A stretch of DNA of 63,887 nt, the filler included, from Perkinsus chesapeaki ATCC PRA-425 (lineage: Eukaryota; Protista; Perkinsozoa): the NCBI GenBank assembly GCA_013115145.1. It is 9 parts of 9 records of this genome, joined end to end, with 100 filler letters (N's around TTAATTAATTAA, not from the genome) between each part and the next. Parts side by side here need not be neighbours in the genome. Positions count along the whole stretch, not along the records: positions 1 to 1,530 come from JAAPAO010001909.1; positions 1,631 to 10,320 come from JAAPAO010000960.1; positions 10,421 to 12,638 come from JAAPAO010001650.1; 6 more parts are not named here. One strand, 5' to 3'. The notes beneath the pieces are model-generated. The model made no database searches. It had not been told where the DNA came from and worked only from the letters and a program-made list of their open reading frames with translations. Each line of letters opens with the position of its first letter. Position 1 is the first letter of the stretch. This document shows, piece after piece, positions 1 to 11,913 of this stretch. Made by a program: the position numbers and the translations under genes.

Positions 1-60
1 GAAGCAATTTTGGGGCAGTGCGAGAAATTTAGGGGCGCTGCGAGTAATTTTGGGGCGCGT
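1..60. repeat. Short ~20-bp imperfect tandem repeat, about 3 copies
   Basis: gcaattttggggcagt / gcgagaaatttaggggcgct / gcgagtaattttggggcgc at the window start. Confidence 0.7.
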
Positions 61-1250
61 GAAAGTACATGCCTGAATGAATGAAGGTGCAGTGCACCAC
101 TGGACACTGTTGCTCTTCATTGGACCTCATGTGGGTCTCAATTGAGGGATCAAAGACACTGACTTAGATCAATTTTAGAATGTGACTCGCTCGCCGATTT
201 AGGAGTATGCACTCGGTTCTATACTAGTGGTAAAATTCACCACTCAGAATAGGGGATGGTGAGTGTGCTTCCTGCCCTTCAAACGAGTAAGAGACTCGTT
301 AAGGAGACTATCTCCATCTATCCAGATTTCACTCGGTATTATCTCCTGGAGATACATACTGGCTCTCGAAATTACTCCAACCGAGTTCGACCTCAAGGTA
401 GCCCGTAGTCCTCAACCAAGGGTCGCGAGTAATAGTCAACCAAAGACTCACTCTGCAGAATCCGCTCGAATCTCGGCGATTCTGACCCTCTGCAGTGGAA
501 GTAACCAAGCCAATGCCCATCAATCACCGTGTGATTTGTTTCCCGGAGTAAGCACTCTGAATCACCCCTTTAATCGTCTAAACATGTCGGTCATACTCGC
601 TTTTCGTTGTCCGTGACCTTCGTCACTCTCGCATTGCTGTTACTATTATAATGCCTTCACAGGCAACATGAGAAGTTTCCAGCGGAAATCTATTCATCGT
701 TTTGTATTCCATTAGGAACACATTGTCACCAACATACTGTGCCACATCAACACTCTCCCAGTAGGAGGTTTTCCTGACACTTTCCTATGAAATGAGTCTG
801 TAGAGGGGCTCACATCCTGGACGACAGTCTCGTCTAGCTTATGGCGATGTCATACGGTATCCTAAGAAACTTATCAACGCAAAGTCTTTTAAACCAGTGA
901 GACAAGACGAATTTTATGAGATGAATGGTTTGAAGTTAAGAGATCAGTAATACAGAGCGGAAATTGCTGACCTGGGTATGCGGATTCTCACGATTCCAAT
1001 GCGAAACGCGGCGGATAAGCAAAATTGACGACTGTGCAAGGTAAGAAGAGACTATTGTATGAGAACGGGTTAGTGGGGAGACATTGACACCCTCTTACAC
1101 AGCGGAGATGACCCATAGTGTGACTCACATGGATGTGTAATAACATGATTAATGCCAAACTTGGTCACGGGTTAGTACTACAGTACTGTATGCATACGAT
1201 CGTAGATACTATGAAAATTGAGATCCAACCTCTCGCTTGTGATTCCACAA

Positions 1251-1500
1251 CTAGTCGGTTTTGACGCTATAGAAGAACTGTAGCATTTTGTAAACCTCCT
1301 CGGGCTTGTCCATCTCAGCGAAGTGACCAGCGCCGGATATCTAATAAAACAACTCTTCAAATGCTTGAAGTTCACCAGGTCTCCTCGAAGATACGTCCAG
1401 AATGAAAATGTCTTACCTTGACAGATGCAAAAAGGCCTCCGCCTGGGATAGATAGCGAACGGATTGTTCCAGCCTTCCCCTGCAATAAACGACAATCGTT
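1251..1500 (-). CDS. Serine carboxypeptidase (S10 family), last two exons; 5' part lost in gap
   Basis: Exons 1479-1417 and 1340-1251 (intron GTAAGA...TTAG) splice to GKAGTIRSLSIPGGGLFASVK|ISGAGHFAEMDKPEEVYKMLQFFYSVKTD*. This matches the S10 catalytic-His motif GAGHxxxxDxP. Confidence 0.75.
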
Positions 1501-1530
1501 CTGAGATGTCGTACCGTGTAAAGTGCTCAC

Positions 1531-1630
1531 NNNNNNNNNNNNNNNNNNNNNNNNNNNNNNNNNNNNNNNNNNNNTTAATTAATTAANNNNNNNNNNNNNN
1601 NNNNNNNNNNNNNNNNNNNNNNNNNNNNNN
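1531..1630. other. Artificial contig spacer (N44-TTAATTAATTAA-N44)
   Basis: Identical six-frame-stop linker flanked by Ns, seen 8 times in the window. Confidence 0.97.
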
Positions 1631-1866
1631 AGCTGAAGAAGCTCTCGCAATTGAGTATCCATCCTAGACTCGATCGAATAATCTCTGCAGTGTGATTTTC
1701 ACGCAGCGTTTGTCTGCAATAAGATTCGTGTTCTGCGCTGGAGATCTATCGCGTGCGCAGTTCGCAGATATCCACACTGATCCCAACTGATAATACTTAA
1801 ATTGATTATTTGTTTCTCGTTAATGGCTCCATTTTTGAGTCCAGTACTCTTCTTTGGTGTTTATCA

Positions 1867-2454
1867 ATGGCCGGTATTGCTATAGACGACGAGTGCATTG
1901 CCAGATTCAACAACCTTAAAGAGAACCACGACAAGAGGTAAATAGTGGGATATCTTTCCCATTCATTACTAACTGTTATAGGTATATCATATACAAGTTG
2001 AATGACAGCAGAGTCGTCGTGGATTCCGAGGGAGACAGAGGTCAGAAGTATGACGATTTCTATCGTGTACGCTTAAGGAAAACGGCTGTGTTTGTCAACA
2101 CCATTCGTTCAGGCCATCCTTACTAGTGGTGAGCCTCGATTCGGTGTCATTGACTTTGAATTCGATAATAAAAAAACCCGTGATGTAAGATTTTGCTACT
2201 TTCCATTCGAGTGTATTATTACCCATCAGAGGGAACAGGGTCTGGTGCTCGTGTCGTGGTTCCCAGAAACCGCAGCTCCAGCGATGAGGGTGAAGTAAGT
2301 TTTTTGACAAATCAACATGTTGCAAGCTCGTTTTGGGAGATTCGGTCCGGTGAGGCATGAAATGACCAGAGTTTTATCCGGCATTGATCGTACAGTTGAC
2401 GCTACTGAGAATGTGGAGCTGGATTTCGACGCTGTCAGACTGCATTTCTTGTAA
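1867..2454 (+). CDS. ADF: Actin-depolymerizing factor/cofilin, divergent paralog (5 exons)
   Basis: Spliced: MAGIAIDDECIARFNNLKENHDKR|YIIYKLNDSRVVVDSEGDRGQKYDDFYR|AILTSGEPRFGVIDFEFDNKKTRD|REQGLVLVSWFPETAAPAMRVK|FGPVRHEMTRVLSGIDRTVDATENVELDFDAVRLHFL*. Same four intron positions as the ADF at 30203-30816. Confidence 0.9.
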
Positions 2455-2941
2455 TCCAATTCGTCTATTTTGTTACCATCTTGAGTGTGATCGTTCCCCC
2501 CGACTTGGTGTTTGTGTTGAAAGTGAAAAGGGCATCCAACTTCCCGTGAGATCATTCACAATGACACGAGGTATCATATACAATCGTATTTGGGTTAAGG
2601 TTAATCGAACTTACTCAATTGGCATAGGAGTGATGGCGCTGGGAAGAAGAGTTGAAACACGTACCGTAGAGCTTAGGCTTCACGTTACAACAAGCTTCGA
2701 CGGCCATGCAGACCGACACTGAGGGTCGCAAGCACTTGTTTCCAAGAATCTCTGGATAGCTCATCGAGCCGTGTTTCAGGGTGTGGAAAACAAAGCAAAT
2801 GACTTCGCGAGAAGCGGCAACCGTTTCACGTTATCTTTTGAACTCGTCCATCGAGTTTGTACTAGAAAACTCAAGCTCGCCTCCTCCGTCAAAAACGACA
2901 GGTTTTATCCTCCACGTAAAAACACAAAGTGAAAAACGGCC

Positions 2942-5900
2942 TCATAGCTCATCATCGATCCTAAACTCGTTCGATTCATCTTTACCCTTAATAAAACCAA
3001 TTGCATTCTCCCACCAATGATTGTCTTCTTCTGTCGCCAAAACATAAGCCACTGCTGTCCACCCAGTGAAGGGCGCAGCTCCAGCGGGTTGACCTTCATC
3101 AGGTGTGAAGTTCTCGTAGATACTTCCCTTCTTTTTGAAACCATTCTCGACTGCAGCCATAAATCCTTTACGAATCGCTAACCCAACGTTTGTCATTTCA
3201 GAATCGTCCATCACTTGACCGTAATGATGAAGAGCGCCTATCGCCAGCAAGTTTATGTTACCCCAGATCTTCCCACGCCAGTAGTCTTCACCCATTCGAT
3301 AAAGAGGATCACTTTTCGCCAGTGAGGCGAGGCCGTGTGGTGTCATCAGCTCATCGGTGATGACTTTAACAGTGGCCAGGATGGACTGCCGGTCGGTGAC
3401 AGGATCGAGCAGACCAAGAAGCAACGGGAAAATGGTTACATAACCGACATGCGGGGAATGCAATGGCTCCGAACTGAGCCGGTATTTCCGAGAGAACGTT
3501 CGGTCGTATTTTAACCTCTTCTCCAGTGGGAGGTATCTAAAGGGAAATCAAGGGCGATGGGACGGACGCCTTCGAATGATTACCTTATGCAGCCTTCACA
3601 TTGGCAATGCTCCTCGCTGCCTCCACACCATCCTGATGGACTGCAACAAGGAGCGTCACTGTATGGATCACATTCGATGCCGTTCATAGGTGAGCATTGC
3701 CCAGGCTGGCGACTGACCCACGGAGGTCGAGCCATGACTCGCCTAAAAGACGTAATCTAAAGACTTCGATCACTTCCTCCTCTACCCTTCTTTGTCTCGC
3801 TTCTTCTCGACGATCTGTCGACCGATGAGATCCGAGAATACCCCCTCTTCAGTGAGCATTTTTCGTCGTAGCAGCGACTGCAGTCGAGACCTTTCGCTCC
3901 GCCAGAATCTCTGTGGCCTGCGGACAGCTTCAAGTTGACGTATATCGTTGCTCCTACCTGACGCCCACCGCGGTGCTGTTGAGCTTGAGCATCGTGTCGG
4001 CGAAGAGCACCATCCAAGAGCTCAGGTCCACGTGACACTCCAACCCCTCATCTGCAGCAAAGCAATCATACGACACTTCCGGGCTGTGATGATCCTACCG
4101 ACGAGCACCCCTCTTGGATAGTCATCGAGGCCACTGGCGAGGTTATGTGCTGCAGTGCGTCCAGACCAACGGGGACATTTTGTGTCCGAGGTAGAAAACG
4201 GGGACACTTGCGTGCGGTAGAGGAAGTCATACCTGTGCTGGAGAAGTCCTCGGGATGCTTTACTGTGAACTTACCAACCGTCTAGATGCGGCGCGATAAG
4301 CTGCCTCAAAATAGTCCCCACAGAGACGGTAGTGTCGAAGTCTCTCTCTGGGGTGTTTAATATTGTTCTTATCATCAACAGCAGTGCAGGAGGGTTCGCA
4401 ATGGTAGGGTCTTGGGCAAGGAATTGTTGCGGGACCCTGGACTGCTGCCGAGGCCCGAGAGCTGCCTCTCTCGGGATCCAACCACTCGAGGGCTCCTGCA
4501 TTCCCAACCAGGAAAGAAGTATCTGGAAACGAGCCGGGTGAGGAAGTTGAGAGAGATTGAATGCCGGAGAGGAAGCTCGAGGAAGCAGCAGTTTTCGCAT
4601 CCTTGTTCACTTTGTTTTATCACTGTAACTTTCCAGTCGCTTATAACAGAAAACTCGAAGGAGGGTTGTATTTCCGAGACCATGGGCAACTTGGCGGGCG
4701 AACTGATCGCTTGGATGTGCGGCAAACAATCCACCTATGCCAGGCGTCCATCAATCATCAATGTTACTTACACTTTGCTAAAACTATCAATTCAAGGAAT
4801 CAGTCAGATAAAAACGTATGTCCCTCCCACGTCTATAAGAGCTAGAGATGCGATATCTCCTAGGAGCCAACAAATGTCCAAACTCACCTGCAAGGCTCTA
4901 GTAGGGTCCCATTCTTGCATCAACAATAAATGGAAACCTTCATCCCACAGAAATCCTCGAGGGAAGAAAGATCGGCTCGGAACCATTGTGATGAGAGAGT
5001 GATTCACAGCACCGCCGCCCTGACACGCAACGACAAGGCTTCTACTTTTCAATCGCTTGACAGATAGAGGATGTTGGTAAGTTATTTAATTATTTATTCA
5101 AGTCAGGAAGTTAGTCTTTTTTGTGGAATGCTAAACCCTTGCAGGGCAGCTTGCTGACGCGAAATACTCTACGCCTAGACTAATAATTACTCCCGTGAAC
5201 TTCCTCCTAGCATCGGCAAAATCATCTCTAACATATAGCCGTGGGCACTGGGCCTCACCTTCATCACTAATTCTCCTCTAGTATCCGAGACTCCACCAAC
5301 CACACTCGCCACAGCGTGGTACATATCGTCATTCAAATTAGGCCACAAGCTTTTAACTCTTTCATTGAACTCCTCCGCGTCGGACTTCTCGGACGCGCCG
5401 ACGATTGCTTTGGATTTCAGACGAATATCCAGAGTCACATTTCCCCGCGGGACATCGAGGACCCAAAGATTCAAACAAGCAGATGGACCACCGCAGTCCT
5501 GACCACCCTGGATCAAGTCAAACCCAGGCAAAATCTTGCCTTCCTTGCGAATCTTGCGTTTCCTCAACTTTACCAACTCAGCCACATCGAACTTGCTAAC
5601 AGTCGGCCATTTGAGTTTGTAATGCATGGCTCCGTCCACGCCAGAAATCTTGTAGTCGCCGAGCGCACCGTCCAAATCATCGATATAAAAATAAAGCTTC
5701 GCCGTCCGGTTGACAAATCTATTCTTCAGTTGCGGGGCGACATGGATCTCACCCTCGCGAATGCGCCAGTTGATGGTTATGGTGGAACGGAGGCGCGCAT
5801 CTTCTGCGAGGAACTGGCCGCTCGTGGAGGTATGTTGGGTGTAGCGGAACGTCACTCGAGACCTCTCTGAGATGAGGAGGTTGGTCGAGGGAGACAAGAC

Positions 5901-6550
5901 AGTGTGAAGAGCGACGACACCAGTCGAACGAAGTGATACCGCACACTTCACTACCGTCGGTGGATTCCCGAACGGTTCGTCCAGGAATCCGCCGAAGTTA
6001 ACCAAAATCCACCCAAAACGACAATACGCCAAGATGACCACATACCCCATCGACGATGCGATAATTAACCGTATGCCCTCGGGAAGAAAAAGTCTGGAAT
6101 TGAAGCAAAGCTCAGATCGAGAATATCGAATTCTAGACTTGATAGAAAAGACTATATCACCCAATCCGAACAACTAACCTATCCCTTCCGCCTCGGAAGA
6201 CAGAAGGTCGCCCAAATTTTCCATAATTTTCTTCGACTTTTCGTGGCCATGCCCGAACTTTGTCCGCCATTTTTAAATAGTAAGTTGGAAAACTCTGTCG
6301 AGGATCTTATCAGCCTCACCTGGCACTTCGCATCCATACCGTATCTCCCTTCCACTCTCATCGCTCCACATAACCCCCAAAACCGGTGCAGTACGAGGAT
6401 CCTCCTCCACAGATCGTTGGCTTTGAGCTGTTGTTAACGCAAAGAGCAAGTTTGGCAGATAAGTACCCCACGTTCGCGTGGTTAGAAATTCCTCATCGAA
6501 TAGAGAACTGAGAGGAAAAAACGAAATGGTCAACACTTGCCTGTTCAATA
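2942..6550 (-). CDS. MOGS: Mannosyl-oligosaccharide glucosidase (glucosidase I, GH63), multi-exon
   Basis: Motifs in order on the minus strand: [74 protein letters not shown]; ends in DDEL*. Start codon not resolved. Confidence 0.92.
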
Positions 6551-7957
6551 CTGTGCGTCGATTCCATTAGTTCGAAAAAGGAAGTGAAGCTAGAAGTCGT
6601 AGAAAGGCGAAGGTAGATAATGAAGGGTCAGGAGAAGGAAGCAATCCAACAATCTGTGTCTGGTGGAGACTTCGCCCACTAACGAGAAAGCGTACACTAA
6701 GCTCAGATCCCCAGCTGCCCCTTCTTGAAGAGCTACTGACGAAGTGCACGTGATGCGTAATATCATTAACGATTCGGATACCACCAAATTTCATGAAATC
6801 TCTGACAGATCCCAAGTTTAAATTTTTGTGACGCGGACTTTTCACGTGTCTTCCTCCAGTGTGTCCAAACAGAGCGATTGTTCCAGCGAAAACAGGACAA
6901 ACTACACCGAAGTTGAACCCAATTGGGGTGACATGCTCCATAGGGGACCATCCCATGGTGATGATTACGTGGCAGACCAAGGTAGTGTCACTAACAACGG
7001 TTGCCACCATGAACAATTAGTATGACCAAACTTTATCGTGCTTATTCGGCTTTAAGTTGGCAGAAATATTAAAAGATGGTAAAATAAAGTAAAAGGTAAT
7101 GAATGATATAAAGTCAGTAAAGTTATATAGACTAGTACCCAGTAACATTATAATAATAGAAAGTCAGTAGTATATTATAAGTTATATTATCAACTGCCAC
7201 CCAACTACATTATTATTACCCAACATCCGCCCCATTCAACGGACAATTATGAAGACTATCCAAATACTCTCCAGGGAAGCTAACCAATTTGATTCGAGAT
7301 AATATTATTATTACCACCATACCAACACAAAGGAGGATACGAATCCACAAAGGTATGCGAACACCACGCTGCTGCTTCACCACCTCGGTCATTACAATAC
7401 TACTACTACCAACAACTCATCACAACGCCATGGAATGAATTTAAGGTTTATTTCATCCACCAAACACTTTTCTTCATCCATTAGCTGTTATAGAAAACGC
7501 TATCTTCAATCCCGGTAGAATCGACCGGAATTTTCCTCGCAACATTCATGAAAACTTAGTCCCATTTTTCATTGCATTCAAAACATTAATCTTATGAACG
7601 ACGATTTAACAATTTAAACATTTAATTGGTTAATTTCCAACCATCAAGCAATGACGCCATCCCCTCCGCTCAAACTCTTCTTCATAGCCCCAAATCACAC
7701 CTTACCATCCAACTATAAAACTCAACAACAAGCGGGCGGATGAGCGTCTCCGCCAGACGCCAGTTACATGCAGCATTATGGTGGTGGTGGTGTTTGAAAT
7801 AATAAGATGGAGATTATAATAATTAACAAATTATAATAAACATGGAAAGATCACTTCTACCAAAATAATAATGATTCACCGACTCTCCCGTGTAGTGACT
7901 GTCGATGATTACAACATAAATTATAAATCAGAACTGACACGGCCGGAGACCGCGACT

Positions 7958-8653
7958 CTACTTGCCACATTTTCTCATCTTCCTTTCCTTCTTACGAGCG
8001 GCCCTTTCATGGTGTCGCCGACTCGCTTCCACGCGCCCTTTCAGACTTCTACCAAACTTGGCCTCACAAACGCCTTTAACGTCATCAAACTCGTCGATAT
8101 CTTCGCACACCGTTTGCTTCATCATCACATCCCTGGACGGGACGATACCACGACCGGTGGTCTCTACCACATGAGGGTCCTCAAACGCGCCAATGCCCAT
8201 CTCGTTAGCCGCCACGTCAGCATAGGAACGCCGTCTGGTTCTGCTCGATACCTTCTTTTGCTCATCCTCATCCACCATGCACCACATCTCATCCTCATCA
8301 ATAACTTCCCAAGTCTTCAACAACTTGGCCAACTTGTTGCGCCTAGTAGGAACCGAGCTTCCTTGCAAACCCGCAGGGCGAGAAGGCAATCTCGGCGGCA
8401 TCTTCAACTCTTCTTCCACGTGATCTTCACCATACTGAGGGGTCGAAGAGCTCTGATAGTCATCGTCAGACGAGACCGAAGCGACGAAGAGGCGAGCGGG
8501 CACACGGCCCTTCTTGCTGCTCCTCTTAGGTTTGCGATCGACATCGACGTCAAGCCACCAGCTATCATCCTCGGCAGATCTATGACCGTCGCGAACGAGA
8601 CAGAACTGACGGTAGGTCAACTTCTTGGGAAGACTGCGCTGAGCGCCTGGCAT
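7958..8653 (-). CDS. Hypothetical charged/low-complexity protein (long exon; true start probably upstream)
   Basis: 231-codon open frame with acidic tracts and a basic C-terminal tail (RHHERAARKKERKMRK). No recognisable domain. Confidence 0.5.
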   Translation of the reverse strand: MPGAQRSLPKKLTYRQFCLVRDGHRSAEDDSWWLDVDVDRKPKRSSKKGRVPARLFVASVSSDDDYQSSSTPQYGEDHVEEELKMPPRLPSRPAGLQGSSVPTRRNKLAKLLKTWEVIDEDEMWCMVDEDEQKKVSSRTRRRSYADVAANEMGIGAFEDPHVVETTGRGIVPSRDVMMKQTVCEDIDEFDDVKGVCEAKFGRSLKGRVEASRRHHERAARKKERKMRKCGK

Positions 8654-8866
8654 CGGAAATTAGCAGTACGTAAAGTAAGTCCTGCAAGATCGCACAATAG
8701 GCGGCAAACACCAACTCCACCAAGCCACACAAGAAAGAAACTGAATTCAGGTACAACATAAAAACGGGCAGCCTTAAGCGTAAAGCTCCAATCTCTCCGA
8801 CGTCCCACCAGCCTGGCATGCCATGCTCCCTCTCAAACGTGCTCTTCCGTGCTCATCCAGTAGCTT

Positions 8867-10111
8867 TCATCCGAGTATCTTCTTTAAAGTGCCAGTGGCG
8901 TTCAAGACTATCCACAGAATCCCCACTGCGATGCTTGCCCCACAACTTGTATAATACCTAGACTTAGAATACAACCAAAATAACAACAAACACCCTACAC
9001 TATTTTAACAACTTTAAAACTTGAGTCGACCGATCTCGAGGCGAGCCGGTATGTAACTAAACAACTCACTGAGAACAGCAACAGCAACCACCGGCTCACC
9101 TTCGCCATAAAGAGCTGCGACTATTCCCATCATAAGCGTCGATGCAACGAAGAAGCTGCCGATGTAGGTGTATGCCTCAACCGCTGTGCTGTAGTAACTG
9201 AAATAAGACGACTCGATCCATCAGGAGTCTTTACCCTTACGAGGCTGGCACGATTGCTAGCATTCCACCTGGGCCGGCGATTCCACCCAGGATGCCAGCA
9301 CAGAAGGACACCAATGCTTGAACCTGAAATAAAAGCATTTCAAAAATTCGCTTAACATAAATATCGAACCAGTTTGGTCCTTCGCGATGCCCTCGAATGC
9401 TGCGACGACTGTCGGACAGCAACTTCTTCCTCCATTTCAGGTATAGGACGGAGGCTACTGTCTGTTGATGACAAACCTGAAAGGGCATGCCAGATACGAC
9501 CGAATAGGGACAATCCTTACCAACAACTTGAAATTCACTATCCTCAATATCATCACAATCGTCTCCTTCAAGATCACGGACTAAATCGTCGTCCAATAGC
9601 TCAAAGTCAACGTGCTCGTATGGTTGCATCTGTCGAGCGCTCCGACACTCTGCTATCTCGGCTATCTTGTCGAGCTCGGACTTCGCCTTGGCGAGGAAGT
9701 ATCTAAATCAATAGATATGATTATTAAGATTGAATCACTTACAGTCCAAATGTTAGCATGAAAGCACCGCTAATATAGGAAGCAACGTAACTGAGACACA
9801 TACAGCCATGTCGGCAGACGAGGTAAATGAAGTACCGTACGCGAAAGTCTGCGTGCGAGTGTCAGTCATTTCGGCTTCAATTGTCCAGAGCAGTACGGCC
9901 ACCAAGGCGAGGCCGACTGAGTGGCCGACACCCCAGCGAATACCATACCAGAAGGCCTTACACCGCTGGCAGACGGAGACGGTCTAAAGAAAAAACTGTA
10001 CGAGACGCGCGAATTGTTAATTACCATTATTGCAGATATGTGATCTGGCCCCATGGCAACATGGAGGGCACCAGCGGCTAATGCTGGAAACATCACATCC
10101 GGGATGGTCAT
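8867..10111 (-). CDS. UreH/NiCoT-like (HxxxxxDH) transition-metal transporter, multi-exon
   Basis: N-terminal GALHVAMGPDHISAIM, later TM segments FCAGILGGIAGPGGMLAIVPAS|YYSTAVEAYTYIGSFFVASTLMMGIVAALYGE and a final SIAVGILWIV...KKILG*. Confidence 0.75.
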
Positions 10112-10320
10112 GACGAACTCACCGTCGTCGTTTTACTCAAGATGTAACGAAGATACGCCGCCGGCACCAAACCGTAACGCTCCGTTGCAAAAAGCGCTCG
10201 CCCTAAATTAATCTTCCAAAAACCAGCTTGGGATGCGGGATATGGAGATGTTCTTGTTGCTCTGTGTGAGAACTCAAGTCTTCGTAAGATGTAAGGTGTA
10301 AGGTAGGCTTAGTTGATACT

Positions 10321-10420
10321 NNNNNNNNNNNNNNNNNNNNNNNNNNNNNNNNNNNNNNNNNNNNTTAATTAATTAANNNNNNNNNNNNNNNNNNNNNNNN
10401 NNNNNNNNNNNNNNNNNNNN
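10321..10420. other. Artificial contig spacer
   Basis: N-TTAATTAATTAA-N linker. Confidence 0.97.
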
Positions 10421-10428
10421 TTTTTTCA

Positions 10429-11913
10429 ATGGTCGCTCAAAATCCTCCCCGTTCCTCTCCCGACATCTGCCCCTCCTGGAGACGTCCACAGACCTTCGAC
10501 GGCGAAGGTGCAGACCAGCAGCTTGAGAAGTCGATCCTGGACGCCTGCGAGGCCCTTAAGAAGCTGCCTCCTGAAGCTCTCAGAGAAAAGACGGGTCTTC
10601 CCGGCTTACCATGGGAGATTAAGGACGTATGGAGTGTTTTGCACTCTGTAAAGGCAGTAATAGATAGGAATGTGGCGACAGATAAGATGAGTCGTGTCTC
10701 GGGTAACATTCTGTTATCCTTCGTACTCGAACTTTCTATTCGTCTTGGTGAGGAATTAGATAAATGTAAAATTCTTAATAGTGAAATAGGTAGTTTACAT
10801 GATAAAATTGCTAAACTAGAATGTGAGTTAGATGTGTGTAAAACTAGCAAGAACTCTAAGTCGGTGGTAGCTGGCCCTTCTTCTTCTAATACATATAGGA
10901 CCAGGAGAAGGATGTCCCAAGTGGAGGAGGCCGACTTCGTCTCCCTCTCCTCGGAAGCTGCTGAAGAGGTTGACATGGAGCTGGAAAGGTTTGCTGATCG
11001 TGGTCATGAACCAGCTTCTGGTAACTGGGTCAACACAAGACCTCGGCGACAAACTAAAGCTCGAGATAGGCCGGTGAGACCGGCCATTGGTTCTGTCGAT
11101 CTGGGTGAAGCTCAAACTGGTAATGTTCCCTCGGTTAAGAGGAAGAATGACTTTGTGGTCATGGTTATTGATAAAAAATGGGTTTATTCTACGTCCAGAG
11201 CTCTGGATGCTTCAAGGAGGCAGCAGACTCTTGACTCTGCTAACCTACCTTTGGTCAAAAAAGAAGAGGTACTTTCGGTTTTAAAGGGGAAAGGTTTTAA
11301 GGTTGACCTCTTCCAAACTGCGAGGGGCACCGGCGTTGGTTGCCAGAGCCCTCAGGAGAGAGATAAGGTCTTGGAATATCTTATTAAGGAAAAAGGCTCT
11401 ATGTGGGATGTTCGTAAAGACCTTCCACGAATGCGGGATATTAAACTGGTTGGCCATGGTTACGAGGCTACTGAAAATGATAAGCTGATTGATGACTTTA
11501 AGACATTGAATGGTATTGAGGCTCCTGAGGATGCTATTAGAGTTCTAAGGATGACAGATAAAGTAGTCTTCCTGCGACTATCATATAGTGTCTTCAAGGG
11601 CCTACCAGAGCGCATATACCTGGATTGTGTGAGACTGAGGCCTATCCCGGTGACTTACCGGTCGATCTGTTACCGTTGTGGTAGTAGGGACTCCAGGCAT
11701 GACCACAGGTCCTGCGCTGAACCTCAAATCTGCCGTATCTGCAGCAGCACTGAGCATTTGGCAATTGACTGCGACAAACCTAGTGTGTCCTATGAAGAGA
11801 AGGCCTTCTGTAAGTTCTGCTGTATGAAGGGTCATGGCCCCTTTGACGTTGGAAGGTGTCAGTATGTTCCCAAGCGACAATTGATTGATGGGGAATTGAA
11901 TATGAATGAGTGA
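10429..11913 (+). CDS. LINE ORF1 (gag-like nucleic-acid-binding protein, 494 aa)
   Basis: Coiled-coil stretch (EIGSLHDKIAKLECEL) and knuckles CYRC-x6-H-x4-C, CRIC-x4-H-x4-C, CKFC-x4-H-x7-C near the C-terminus. Confidence 0.88.
   Translation: MVAQNPPRSSPDICPSWRRPQTFDGEGADQQLEKSILDACEALKKLPPEALREKTGLPGLPWEIKDVWSVLHSVKAVIDRNVATDKMSRVSGNILLSFVLELSIRLGEELDKCKILNSEIGSLHDKIAKLECELDVCKTSKNSKSVVAGPSSSNTYRTRRRMSQVEEADFVSLSSEAAEEVDMELERFADRGHEPASGNWVNTRPRRQTKARDRPVRPAIGSVDLGEAQTGNVPSVKRKNDFVVMVIDKKWVYSTSRALDASRRQQTLDSANLPLVKKEEVLSVLKGKGFKVDLFQTARGTGVGCQSPQERDKVLEYLIKEKGSMWDVRKDLPRMRDIKLVGHGYEATENDKLIDDFKTLNGIEAPEDAIRVLRMTDKVVFLRLSYSVFKGLPERIYLDCVRLRPIPVTYRSICYRCGSRDSRHDHRSCAEPQICRICSSTEHLAIDCDKPSVSYEEKAFCKFCCMKGHGPFDVGRCQYVPKRQLIDGELNMNE

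Noticed and set aside
263-870. Possible intron-rich gene on the minus strand
   Set aside because: Short GT-AG bounded segments are visible, but no consistent frame or domain could be assembled.
1575-1586. TTAATTAATTAA motif repeated 8 times as a biological repeat, and ORFs running through Ns
   Set aside because: Always centred in 100-nt N blocks; it is an artificial six-frame-stop linker. ORFs ending in LIN or containing X are artefacts, and cross-gap gene neighbourhoods are not evidence.
6567-7790. Possible multi-exon gene between MOGS and the 7958 ORF
   Set aside because: Candidate exons (LMDEEKCLVDEINLKFIPW, FPGEYLDSLHNCPLNG) had conflicting splice phases; not supportable without RNA data.
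7871-8761. 296-aa plus-strand ORF
   Set aside because: Antisense shadow of the more protein-like minus-strand ORF 7958-8653.
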